Assembly: GCA_017608345.1 (NCBI GenBank)
Contig: JAFCGA010000001.1
Location: 33,766-97,765 of the forward strand
Origin: Candidatus Pacearchaeota archaeon
GTDB lineage: Archaea; Nanobdellota; Nanobdellia; UBA10117; JAFCGA01
DNA: 64,000 nt
Direction of reading: 5' to 3'
The notes under the pieces were generated by a model. That model saw only the letters and a list, made by a program, of their open reading frames with translations, was not told the origin of the DNA and did not search any database. Of this stretch, positions 18,335 through 27,083 are shown piece after piece (the first letter of the stretch is position 1; each line of letters opens with the position of its first letter). Both the position numbers and the translations under genes were made by a program.

Positions 18335-18982
18335 ATGGCTATTTCAAGAGAAAGCTTCAAAAAAGCAATTATCGAAGCTAAAAAGCAGTCTGGTGATCGA
18401 AAGTTCAAGCAATCCTTAGACATAGCTATAAATCTTAAACTTTTGCCAAAAGGAACGAAAATAGAGGAACACATTCAACTCCCGCAAGGAAGGGCTAAGC
18501 CAGCTAAGATTTGTGGATTAGTTAGCGCGGAACTTAAGGACCAGGCATCAAAACTTTGCGATTCTATGGTTCTAGCAGATGATTTTCCGAAATGGACAGA
18601 TAAGCGGAAAATAAAGAAACTTCTTTCTGAGCATCATTTTTTCATAGCGCAGGCAAATATAATGGCGCAAGTCGCTAAGACTTTCGGTAAATATATGGGT
18701 CCGCGAGGTAAAATGCCGAACCCAAAAGCAGGCCAAATCGTTCCGCCAAAGGTCAATCTCGAGCCAATAGTTAAGAAGCTTAAGGCAACTGTTGTTCTTA
18801 AGCTAACCAAATCTCCAGTTCTTCATACTACACTCGGTTCTCAGGAGCTAGATGACGATAAGCTAGCTGAGAATGCATATCATATTTACGAGGCTATTTT
18901 ACACGTGCTTCCGAATCACGATCAAAACATAGCTTCAATGTTCGTAAAGACAACAATGGGCAAGGCGGTGAAAGTTGCGTAA
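18335..18982 (+). CDS. rpl1: 50S ribosomal protein L1
   Basis: MAISRESFKKAIIEAKKQSGDRKFKQSLDIAINLK... and the gene order L1-P0-P1. Confidence 0.95.
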   Translation: MAISRESFKKAIIEAKKQSGDRKFKQSLDIAINLKLLPKGTKIEEHIQLPQGRAKPAKICGLVSAELKDQASKLCDSMVLADDFPKWTDKRKIKKLLSEHHFFIAQANIMAQVAKTFGKYMGPRGKMPNPKAGQIVPPKVNLEPIVKKLKATVVLKLTKSPVLHTTLGSQELDDDKLAENAYHIYEAILHVLPNHDQNIASMFVKTTMGKAVKVA

Positions 18983-19944
18983 TGATAAAAGGAGCTAAAA
19001 ACCCCGCAGCATGGAAGCCGAAGATAGTTCAGGAGATTGTTCAAAATATTGAGAAATATCCTACTATTGCTGTAATTGATATGATGTATTTGCCTAGCAA
19101 GCAGCTGCAAATTATTCGCGCTAAAATCAAAGATCACGCTCTTATTATTATGACTCGAAAGCGGCTAATTAAGCATGCCTTAGAAAACTGCAAGAAACCG
19201 TCGGTTAATCAATTGTTAGAGTATATCACGGGCATGCCAGCACTTTTATTTTCAGATATGAATGCGTTCGAACTTTTCGCAGTACTTAAAGCTAACATGA
19301 GCGACGCGCCAATCAAAGCCGGTCAGGAAGCACCCTATGATCTAATTGTTCCTGCTGGTCCGACACCATTTGCTCCGGGTCCGATTATTAGCGAGCTCGG
19401 CGCAGCTAAGATCAAAGCTAGCATTCAAGGCGGAAAAGTTGTTGTAGTACATGATTCAACTGTGGCGAAAGCTGGTGAGCAAGTCAGTGAAGCAGCAGCA
19501 GGAATCCTTACGCGTCTAGGAGTTCACCCGATGAAGATCGGAATTAATATTCAAGCAGTCCTCGAAAAGGAAGACATATACACCAAGGCAGTTCTAGATA
19601 TCGATAGCGAGCAGTTCACTCAAGATTTACTACTGGCTCATCAAAACGCTTTTAAACTTGCTCTCGGTCTTGGTATCTTAACTAAGGAAACAGTAATTCC
19701 TCAGATTCAAAAGGCTTATCTTGAAGCCAAGCAACTTGCTATTAGCCAGAATATATTGGCTGACGAAGTTAAGAATCAAGTTTTGGCAAAAGTGAATGCG
19801 CAAGTTGAGCATTTGAGAGAAAGCTTGCCTGAGGCGAAGGTAGAAGCTGAGAAATCGGCTGAGCCAAAGTCGGAAGAAAAGCCGACCGAAGAAGCTAAGC
19901 CCGAGGAAAAAGCTGAGGAAAAGAAGGAGGAAGCAAAAGAATAA
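18982..19944 (+). CDS. rplP0: 50S ribosomal stalk protein P0 (L10), lacking the hydrophobic C-terminal tail
   Basis: Lies between L1 and P1; it has an L10 N-terminal domain and a charged linker. The protein ends ...EEKAEEKKEEAKE with no GLGALF-type tail. Confidence 0.9.
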   Translation: MIKGAKNPAAWKPKIVQEIVQNIEKYPTIAVIDMMYLPSKQLQIIRAKIKDHALIIMTRKRLIKHALENCKKPSVNQLLEYITGMPALLFSDMNAFELFAVLKANMSDAPIKAGQEAPYDLIVPAGPTPFAPGPIISELGAAKIKASIQGGKVVVVHDSTVAKAGEQVSEAAAGILTRLGVHPMKIGINIQAVLEKEDIYTKAVLDIDSEQFTQDLLLAHQNAFKLALGLGILTKETVIPQIQKAYLEAKQLAISQNILADEVKNQVLAKVNAQVEHLRESLPEAKVEAEKSAEPKSEEKPTEEAKPEEKAEEKKEEAKE

Positions 19945-20249
19945 TGGGATATGAAGGGAATCCATTAGCTGGAACGCGGAGAATGATGCAAGATGCACAA
20001 AAAATTCTCGATAGATATAAGGGTCTAGATAATGGGAAAGACTTCACAGAGTATATTACTTCCTTGTCGCAAGGAGATAAGATAACCCTGTTGCTCATGA
20101 TGCGAGGGACAGGCGCAGATAAGGAGAGCCAAAAGATAAATGGTTTAGCGGAGATATTAGAAACTCAATTAGGAATCGGGAATAATAGTCTAGATGGAGA
20201 AGGAGTAGAAAGAAAATATTCTGAACTTGCATCTCAAACTAAAAATTAA
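19944..20249 (+). CDS. hypothetical protein (101 aa) inserted between P0 and P1
   Basis: Its ATG overlaps the P0 stop (TAATG), suggesting translational coupling. No homology recognised. Confidence 0.5.
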   Translation: MGYEGNPLAGTRRMMQDAQKILDRYKGLDNGKDFTEYITSLSQGDKITLLLMMRGTGADKESQKINGLAEILETQLGIGNNSLDGEGVERKYSELASQTKN

Positions 20250-20263
20250 GGAGAAAAAAGAAA

Positions 20264-20575
20264 ATGGAATATCTATATGGAGCATTACTCCTGTTTAAAG
20301 CAGGAAAGGAAGTAACTGAAGACGCGCTGGATAAAACCCTAGCAGCAGCAGGAATTAAAGTAGACAAAGCTAGAGTAAAAGCCACTGTAACAGCTCTCAA
20401 GGATGTTGATATTGATAAAGTATTATCAGAAACTCAACTAGCAGCAACTGCACCTGCGGCAGCACCGGCCGGAGCACCTGCAGAAGCCAAACCTGCGAAG
20501 GAAGCACCTAAGGCGGAAGACTCAGCTAAACAAGAAGAAGCTGCGGCAGCGGGACTCGGAGCACTGTTTGGTTAA
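20264..20575 (+). CDS. rpl12: 50S ribosomal stalk protein P1 (L12)
   Basis: MEYLYGALLLFKAGKEVTEDAL..., an Ala/Pro hinge, and the C-terminal EEAAAAGLGALFG. Confidence 0.9.
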   Translation: MEYLYGALLLFKAGKEVTEDALDKTLAAAGIKVDKARVKATVTALKDVDIDKVLSETQLAATAPAAAPAGAPAEAKPAKEAPKAEDSAKQEEAAAAGLGALFG

Positions 20576-20630
20576 ATAAGAATAACAGAGGTAAAGCTAC
20601 TTGGTAATCCAAGCAGCTCAACTTATACTT

Positions 20631-21500
20631 ATGACTAATGAAGACATCAACCAAAAAATATCTCAACTTAGAAAAGAGATACAGCTACTTAATAATAGCT
20701 TAAAGGATCTCAATAATAAGAAAGAGGATAAGTATAAGGAGAAAGTAGACCTCGATGAGAGGCTTAATTCTTTAATTAAATCTGCTAAGGATTTGAAGGA
20801 GCAGAAAGAAGTTCTTAATAAAGAAGTAAAAGAGCTAAAGCAGAAACGTGAAGTTGAAAATAAGGTAGTACGTGAGTTGCTAACAAAACTAAACGATATT
20901 AAGCAGGACAAGCGAACTGAATTTAGGAAGAGTAATTCTCTTTCTATTAGCCAGATTCGAGAGAAGATAAAAAATATTGAGTTCATAATTCAGACGCAAG
21001 CAATTAGTTTCGACCGCGAGAAAAAGTATATGACTTCACTTAGGGAGCTAAAAGCTAAAGAAAAAGAAGTATCTGAGTTCGAGAAAGGCTTCAGCGATTT
21101 GAGTGGTCTGAAAGCTCAGATTAAGACTAAGAAAGACGAAGCAGATAATATTCACAAACAGATACAGGAAACCGCTGCTCGAGTTAGCAAGATCTTCGAT
21201 GAATTGACTGATAAATCAAAGGAAATCTCAGAGATAAAAGAGAAGAGGAGTACGGTATTAGCTTTTCTCAGGACGGTTAAGCTTAATATTAATGTTCTTA
21301 ATAAAAAACTGAATACTGTGCTTAAGAGTTGGTCTGGAATAACTCACAAGTCAATTAGTGAAATTGCAAGCAGAGGCCAAGAATTGCTTCGCCAGAAGAC
21401 CGAAGAAGTTAAAGAGAAATTCAAGAAGAAAAAGAAGCTGACTACAGAGGATATTTTGTTACTGCAGCGGGAAGCTATCCGTAACGCACCTCGGCATTAG
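20631..21500 (+). CDS. coiled-coil protein (289 aa counted from the ATG at 20631)
   Basis: Lys/Glu/Leu heptad-like composition throughout. The track ORF starts at a TTG at 20601; the ATG at 20631 is more plausible. Confidence 0.6.
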   Translation: MTNEDINQKISQLRKEIQLLNNSLKDLNNKKEDKYKEKVDLDERLNSLIKSAKDLKEQKEVLNKEVKELKQKREVENKVVRELLTKLNDIKQDKRTEFRKSNSLSISQIREKIKNIEFIIQTQAISFDREKKYMTSLRELKAKEKEVSEFEKGFSDLSGLKAQIKTKKDEADNIHKQIQETAARVSKIFDELTDKSKEISEIKEKRSTVLAFLRTVKLNINVLNKKLNTVLKSWSGITHKSISEIASRGQELLRQKTEEVKEKFKKKKKLTTEDILLLQREAIRNAPRH

Positions 21501-21535
21501 GAACCTTTATAAGAACAGTATTTTGTCACTTATTA

Positions 21536-21973
21536 ATGGAAAGGGAATTATTGCGTTATTTAGCATTAGGCATATTTATTATTTTCCTGAGTTTATTCTC
21601 GAATGTTGTTCTGCATGAAATAGGTCATTTCTTTGTTGCGGATATGCTGGACATGAACCCATCAATCCACCTAGAGAGCCCGATTAGCATAACTGGCCAT
21701 CATGTATCCTCTAATCGATTTGCGTACGTTAGTTATTCTAGCTATTTTCCAGGAGTAGCGCTGCAGGATGTATTAATCGCTGCCGCTGGTCCAATAGTTA
21801 ATGCAATAATGGCGCTTATCTGCGCAGGGCTGCTTTTTGTAAATTATAAAAATAAAACTGCAAGTTATATTCTTCTGTTATTTTTAGTAGTATCTGTCTT
21901 GTCGTGTGTAATAAATCTGATTCCTTTGTCAGGATCAGACGGATCAGTAATTTTTAGCTATTTGATGCGTTAA
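21536..21973 (+). CDS. small membrane protein with an HExxH motif (M50/site-2-protease-like)
   Basis: VLHEIGHFFVA lies inside the first hydrophobic segment, with several predicted TM helices. Confidence 0.5.
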   Translation: MERELLRYLALGIFIIFLSLFSNVVLHEIGHFFVADMLDMNPSIHLESPISITGHHVSSNRFAYVSYSSYFPGVALQDVLIAAAGPIVNAIMALICAGLLFVNYKNKTASYILLLFLVVSVLSCVINLIPLSGSDGSVIFSYLMR

Positions 21974-23638
21974 TTATCCAAATAACGATTCTATCGCATC
22001 AATTATTATGTCCAGAACTGTCTGTTTCTTTACTTGGAGGGTAATTTCATGGGTTTCGTCAATGCCATTCCCTGTGAAGTATAGTTTTATCTTATTCTCG
22101 CCGATATTCGTTGGAGTTATTTGAAATTCCTTTGCTATTTCTTCAGAGATACCTGCGTACGCTCCCTTACATTCATTTTCAACGCAGATTTTCAAGTCAG
22201 GGATAGCGCTATTTCCATTATTGACTGCGGTTACTGCTAGCTCAAATGGCTTGTCTAGATAAGCCTTATTTGGGTGATGGATGTTTATTGCTAGATTCGG
22301 CTTGGGGATAGCAGTAGAAGAGATATCTGTCTTTAGCTTTTTGTTGATATCACTTAATTTAAGGATATCTGCGCCTTTGTCTGCTATAAAACTACTTTTC
22401 TGAGGTGCAGCGAACATAGTCTTGCTCTCTACACTATAAGTATAAGAGTATAATTCATCCAGATCTGAGGGAATTCTGACTATCCAATGGATTAATTCTG
22501 TTCCTCTCGGCTCTAGCAATACGTATTGTGGATTGTCGGAGATTATCTCCGGTGATTTAGCCAAAGCTACTTCAGGTATGATATAATAATTATTTGGATT
22601 TTCTAGCTGCATCCAGATTATATTGTAGCTGTCGAACCCGATTGTATTTTTCTCGACCCACATAGTAGAAGTTAAGATATTTGGCAGCCCGATTTTTTCA
22701 TCTTGCATGACTATTTGTATATCTGGCTGTTCGCCTTCAACGTCCCCTTTTTCCCAAATGTATCTAATTGACGGAACTTCAGCATTCTGAGTCTCCTGTA
22801 GCCGTATATGCGTTGCATCTACCCACCCGTATTCGTTGTACGTCGGATCAAAAGGTATCCATCCATAGTCGGGGAAATAAACTTCCGCCCAGGAATGCGG
22901 ATTAAATTCATCATCAATATTGCTAAAAGCTACTCCAGAAATGTATCTTACAGGAATTCCGACTGAGCGGCATAGCGACATGAAGAGAACTGTATATTCA
23001 TCACAGACACCTCTTTTTAGCTCGAGCACCTTGCTAGCTTTTTGAGTTCCCTCTAAATATTTTCGGTCATACTCTAGCAGATTATTTACATATTTAGCGA
23101 ATTTAAAAACGACTGCGTATAAGTCATCCTCTCCCGAGGCTAGTTTATTAGCTAATTGTTTTATATTTGATTCATTGCTGTCTATTTTCGGGGTGGCTTC
23201 AGTATAAGGTCGTAAATCTTTGTCTAACGCGAGATAAGGAAAAGGTATTTTTTCTTTAACTTTTGGAAGTATGAAATTAGCCTTGACCTCAGCAGTTAGC
23301 GAATATTCAAGTCGCTCGTCGTTTAATTTATATTTGAGTGTATCTAAATCTTGCTGGATATTATCCGGATCCCAGATGAAGTAGTAGAACTCCTCCCCGC
23401 TTTCTTCTTTCAATTCTGCGCGCGGGCTCGTCTGTACATTAAGGACAGTATTAAAAATATCTGATTTTGGGAAGGAGAACAATTTGAGATTGATATATTT
23501 CACATTGCCGACGGTTCTAAGCGATCCTGTTGCAGAGAATTTCATATCTGCCTGACTAATCTCTTTTTGATCCTCTAGTTGTGCTGCTGCTAGCGGTAGC
23601 ATTAGCAGAAGTAAGAGTATCGCTAAGATGCGTTTCAT
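21974..23638 (-). CDS. secreted transglutaminase-like protein
   Basis: Signal peptide MKRILAILLLLLMLPLAAA. The transglutaminase core is GVCDEYTVLFMSLCRSVGIPVRYISG...HSWAEVYFPDYGWIPFDPT (Cys-His-Asp). Confidence 0.7.
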   Translation of the reverse strand: MKRILAILLLLLMLPLAAAQLEDQKEISQADMKFSATGSLRTVGNVKYINLKLFSFPKSDIFNTVLNVQTSPRAELKEESGEEFYYFIWDPDNIQQDLDTLKYKLNDERLEYSLTAEVKANFILPKVKEKIPFPYLALDKDLRPYTEATPKIDSNESNIKQLANKLASGEDDLYAVVFKFAKYVNNLLEYDRKYLEGTQKASKVLELKRGVCDEYTVLFMSLCRSVGIPVRYISGVAFSNIDDEFNPHSWAEVYFPDYGWIPFDPTYNEYGWVDATHIRLQETQNAEVPSIRYIWEKGDVEGEQPDIQIVMQDEKIGLPNILTSTMWVEKNTIGFDSYNIIWMQLENPNNYYIIPEVALAKSPEIISDNPQYVLLEPRGTELIHWIVRIPSDLDELYSYTYSVESKTMFAAPQKSSFIADKGADILKLSDINKKLKTDISSTAIPKPNLAINIHHPNKAYLDKPFELAVTAVNNGNSAIPDLKICVENECKGAYAGISEEIAKEFQITPTNIGENKIKLYFTGNGIDETHEITLQVKKQTVLDIIIDAIESLFG

Positions 23639-23735
23639 AGACTAATTAAGAATAGAAGGGTATTTATTGTTTACTAATCCTCCCTTTTTCAGAACATTTG
23701 TATACAAGGCGGAGTCGGAAAACCTATCAGCAATA

Positions 23736-24044
23736 TTAGTCGATAACCTGGATTTCAATATTAACGTCAGAAGGTATATTGACACGCATTACTAGATGGA
23801 GGGCCCGCTCATCAGCTACTAAATCAATCATTCGTTTATGGATTCGCATTTCATGGCGTTCCCAGGTGCCTGATCCTTCTCCGTCAGGTGATCTTCGGAT
23901 AGGAATTCTTAAGAACTTTGTAGGGAGATTAATCGGACCGCTGAAGTCAACTTTTGTCTTTTTAGCAATGTCTATAATCTGAGAGCTGACACTATTGAGC
24001 TTTTTTAGCTCAGTACCGTATAGTTTTATACGCGCTTTTGGCAT
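23736..24044 (-). CDS. rps10: 30S ribosomal protein S10
   Basis: MPKARIKLYGTELKKLNSV...GPINLPTKFLRIPIRRSPDGEGSGTWERHEMRIHKR. Confidence 0.95.
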   Translation of the reverse strand: MPKARIKLYGTELKKLNSVSSQIIDIAKKTKVDFSGPINLPTKFLRIPIRRSPDGEGSGTWERHEMRIHKRMIDLVADERALHLVMRVNIPSDVNIEIQVID

Positions 24045-24084
24045 GAAAGTAAGTTGAGAAAGGGCTTTTTAAAGTTTTGGTAGA

Positions 24085-25122
24085 CTATTCCTGTTGATAA
24101 ATAAGCGCGCTAGTTTCTTCAACTATTGGGCGGATTAATGGTTCATCTGATGCCCAACTATTAGGACTATGCTCGGAGTCATATTTTTCAACCGCTGAAA
24201 AAAGTGAACCAGCTTCCTGAATGTCCTCCGGCTCTGCTTTCTTGGCTAGCGCACGGGATAGATAAAGTTGCAATACTGCGACTTGCATATCATAATCTGC
24301 TCCTTGCTTTGATGTTTTGAGAGAATCTCGGTAGTGTTTAATCGCTTTGTGGAGGTCTCCGCGAAATTCAGCGATAAGTCCGATATCTGCGTATATATTA
24401 GATTCCCAAGTCGCTCTATCTTGTTCCCCCGAGTGGTTTAAGCATTCAATCGCTGTATTAAATGATTCCTCTGCGGAGGCTAATTCTTCCTCAAGATCAT
24501 TTACTTGTGCTCCCAGCCATCTCATCGAAGTCCGGGCGATTGTTAAATAATTTCCACCCTTTAGTGCATAAGTCCTTATTGCAATTTGTGCTTCTGCATC
24601 TTCAATAGGCATCTCATTAAAAGTCCTTTCTAGAGCCCTAAATTTTTCTAGCGCACCGCTATAGTCTTTCTGTGCGAATAATGCGTATCCTTCAGCGCTT
24701 TGAACAAGCGAGAGACGTTCGCCTACTCTGAGTTTTAGTTGAGCATCCCCGATAATTGCGGCATTTTTTTGTAATTTCTCGCCGATTTCTCTTGCTTTCG
24801 CGAGCATATTCCCGCGTCGCCATATATCCATAATATTTGTAAATTCTTTTATTGCGTGTATTACATAGGGCTTTAGTTCTCCTCGTTTAGTTTCAGGAGG
24901 AATAGAATCTGATAGAAGTCCCCAGCAGATAAGCGGACTATGAGTTGTATAGGCATTTTCTGCTTGTTTTATTAGTTCTCTCTGCTTGATTGGATCTTTC
25001 TCGTTCTGTGCTTTTTTAGTAATCCGCCAGCCTTCATTAAGCGCAACCTCTGCTGCAGTATCAATTGCTGCGATTAAGTCTTCTTTATCTCCGCAGAGTA
25101 TTGCATCGAGATCTAGTGACAT
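24085..25122 (-). CDS. helical-repeat (TPR-like) hypothetical protein
   Basis: ORF in the track with a repetitive helical A/L/Y-rich pattern. No catalytic motif. Confidence 0.5.
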   Translation of the reverse strand: MSLDLDAILCGDKEDLIAAIDTAAEVALNEGWRITKKAQNEKDPIKQRELIKQAENAYTTHSPLICWGLLSDSIPPETKRGELKPYVIHAIKEFTNIMDIWRRGNMLAKAREIGEKLQKNAAIIGDAQLKLRVGERLSLVQSAEGYALFAQKDYSGALEKFRALERTFNEMPIEDAEAQIAIRTYALKGGNYLTIARTSMRWLGAQVNDLEEELASAEESFNTAIECLNHSGEQDRATWESNIYADIGLIAEFRGDLHKAIKHYRDSLKTSKQGADYDMQVAVLQLYLSRALAKKAEPEDIQEAGSLFSAVEKYDSEHSPNSWASDEPLIRPIVEETSALIYQQE

Positions 25123-25268
25123 CTTTAGCTAGAAGGCATAAAAACTTTTAAAGTTTTCTAAGTGCATAGAGCTCTTAGCTGGAGTATTATATAGCCAATA
25201 AGAGAAGTATTTTTATTTAATTAATATCAATATTTAAAATTAGTATAACCCTTGAGAGGAATATCAAT

Positions 25269-26066
25269 ATGCAGAGCCCCTTTAATAAACCGCAGAATCC
25301 ATCACATCCTTCTGGCACTGGCAGAATTAAGTGGGAGGTCATTTTCCAGCTGATAAATTTCATACTATTGATAGTAATTGTTTTTTTCGTTATACCTCGG
25401 TCCCAAATATCAACGGAGGATGTGCTTACGGGAAATGCTGCTAAGGTTGAAGTGGTAGAGCCGGTTGAAGAGCCAGAACCTGAGAAAGTGGAGGAACCCG
25501 TAGTAGAAGATAAATCGGGGATGGTTTGCAATAAGCCCTATATCGTTGTAGGCAATGATTGCTGCTTAGATAAAGATGGTAATTCAATATGCGACAAGGA
25601 TGAGACTACCGCAATCTCGTTAACTGCTGAAGATGTCAAAGCTATTGCGTTAGATAGCGCTGAGGAGGAAATAGCTGCTTCTGATTCAGATTGCCATCTA
25701 GCTCATGAGGGTTTTAATCAACCAGACTTTAGTCTGCGATTCGAATTAGGCGAGGCTAAAATAGCGTCGATTAAACGAGAAGTAGATTCAGGTTGGGCAG
25801 TTTTTGAGCTAGTCATACAGCCGACTGAAGAAGGACGACTGCATTGCGATGCTGCAGAGTACTATAATAATGTTCCCATTGAAGAATTTGAAATAGATAA
25901 TATACATACTACTCGAGAAGTCGAGCCAATGGACGAAGAAGGAACGCGACTAGTCAACTATCGCGTGACTTGCTATAACGCTAAAGAGTATGAGTATAAG
26001 GACACCTGCGATACAATAAAGTCTAAATTCAAAAGCGGGACGCTACTTATAGAGTATGAAGATTAA
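25269..26066 (+). CDS. membrane-anchored Cys-rich hypothetical protein (265 aa)
   Basis: N-terminal TM segment FQLINFILLIVIVFFVI, then an acidic linker and a Cys-containing ectodomain. Its stop codon abuts the 3' end of tRNA-Thr. Confidence 0.5.
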   Translation: MQSPFNKPQNPSHPSGTGRIKWEVIFQLINFILLIVIVFFVIPRSQISTEDVLTGNAAKVEVVEPVEEPEPEKVEEPVVEDKSGMVCNKPYIVVGNDCCLDKDGNSICDKDETTAISLTAEDVKAIALDSAEEEIAASDSDCHLAHEGFNQPDFSLRFELGEAKIASIKREVDSGWAVFELVIQPTEEGRLHCDAAEYYNNVPIEEFEIDNIHTTREVEPMDEEGTRLVNYRVTCYNAKEYEYKDTCDTIKSKFKSGTLLIEYED

Positions 26067-26207
26067 GCCCCCAATGGGAGTTGAACCCATGACCTATGGT
26101 TTAATTGGAGCTCCCTTCTTTTCTTTTCCCGAGGGTTTTCTTTTCTTTGGGAAGAAAAGAAAAGGCTCTTACAAAACCATCGCTCTACCAGGCTGAGCTA
26201 TGGAGGC
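26066..26207 (-). tRNA. tRNA-Thr(UGU) with a 68-nt intron at the canonical 37/38 site (26102-26169)
   Basis: The minus strand folds as GCCTCCA TA GCTC AGCCTGGTA GAGC G ATGGT TTTGTA[intron]A ACCAT AGGTC ATGGG TTCAACT CCCAT TGGGGGC T. It is 74 nt after intron removal. Confidence 0.85.
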
Positions 26208-26248
26208 TTAGTAAAAAGATAAAAAAGTAGTTTAAAAAGGTTACTAGC

Positions 26249-26650
26249 TTAACTCGGTTGTTTCTGGATTAGTTTCTCAGCAGCTTTGTAATCAAAGCTA
26301 AATCCAATATTCTCATCGTTAAGGATTTCATCTACCGCGCTTATTGTTTTCTCAAGTTCTTGCTTGAGATTTTTAATTTCTTTAATCATATCCTTGTCAT
26401 CATGCAGTTTTTTTCTTGCTAATCTTCCTGCGACCAATATTTTCCTTTTCTCCGTAGCGTTTATTTCTCTTAGAGAATCCTTAATTGCACGGTTTACTTC
26501 GCTATACAGCTCTGCGCATGAAAGAGATAGATTATGCATTTGATTATTGATTAAATCGTGTATTTCATCTTTTAGTTTTTCTAATAACAGAAAATCTTTC
26601 TTTTCCCACGCAAGCGTCTCTTTAAGATATTCTTCTCCATATAATACCAT
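26249..26650 (-). CDS. hypothetical coiled-coil protein (133 aa)
   Basis: ORF in the track. Confidence 0.45.
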   Translation of the reverse strand: MVLYGEEYLKETLAWEKKDFLLLEKLKDEIHDLINNQMHNLSLSCAELYSEVNRAIKDSLREINATEKRKILVAGRLARKKLHDDKDMIKEIKNLKQELEKTISAVDEILNDENIGFSFDYKAAEKLIQKQPS

Positions 26651-26701
26651 ATCCTATAAAGAATATGTAGAAGTATAAAACCTTTATGGTGAGATTAGAA
26701 G

Positions 26702-26870
26702 TGGACCGACCCGGATTCGAACCGGGGATCCTCGCGATGTAAACGCGATGTCATAACCAGATTGTCTTACTGCACGATTCATATTTTCGAGCGAAGCGAG
26801 CAAGACGCCTTTCTTTTAGCACCTTAGCTTTTCTTTCGCGAAAGAAAAGGCAGTTCTAGACCATCGGTCC
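26702..26870 (-). tRNA. tRNA-Val(UAC) with an insert of about 92 nt in the D-loop
   Basis: The minus strand folds as GGACCGA TG GTC TAGAA[insert]TCTGGTTAT GAC A TCGCG TTTACAT CGCGA GGATC CCCGG TTCGAAT CCGGG TCGGTCC A. Confidence 0.75.
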
Positions 26871-26879
26871 ACTAATTTG

Positions 26880-27068
26880 CTCACGTGGACTTTTGTTCTG
26901 TAGCGAGCTGATGAGCGAGCGTTTATTTCGAAGCTCCGTAGGAGTTGAGCAAACTGCTTCTCTTTGGGGCTACTCAACTTTGTTGAGTCCCCAAACTCGT
27001 TTGGGCTACCTTACCACCTTTCTCTTCGCAAGAGAAAGGGGGCAGCGACCAATCGGTCCACTACTATT
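26880..27068 (-). pseudogene. tRNA-Val-like 5' fragment fused to an intron-like element (leader or pseudo-tRNA)
   Basis: The minus strand starts AGTGGACCGATTGGTC, versus AGTGGACCGATGGTC for tRNA-Val. This is followed by GCTGCC-CCTTTCTCTT-GCGA-AGAGAAAGG, the hairpins CCCAAAC/GTTTGGG and ACTCAAC/GTTGAGT, then CCCCAAAGAGAAGC...CTCCTACGGAGC, which is homologous to the tRNA-Ala(GGC) D-loop insert. I could not build any anticodon or T arm. Confidence 0.35.
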
Positions 27069-27083
27069 AGGCGTAGCAAGTCC

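Noticed and set aside
25217-25531. Track ORF (104 aa, minus strand).
   Set aside because: It overlaps the start of the better-supported plus-strand membrane protein gene and has Ser/Thr/Gly low-complexity composition.
26905-26936. CUGAUGAG motif. Read on the plus strand it resembles a hammerhead core or C-box and can be drawn as a k-turn (GAGCU/AGCUC helix, GAU bulge, tandem G:A pairs). A second CUGAUGAG lies at 5044-5051 on the minus strand.
   Set aside because: No hammerhead stems I to III can be built, and no D box (CUGA) lies at a suitable distance. The k-turn exists only on the strand opposite to the inferred transcription direction. The second copy lacks the complementary GA-plus-helix strand.
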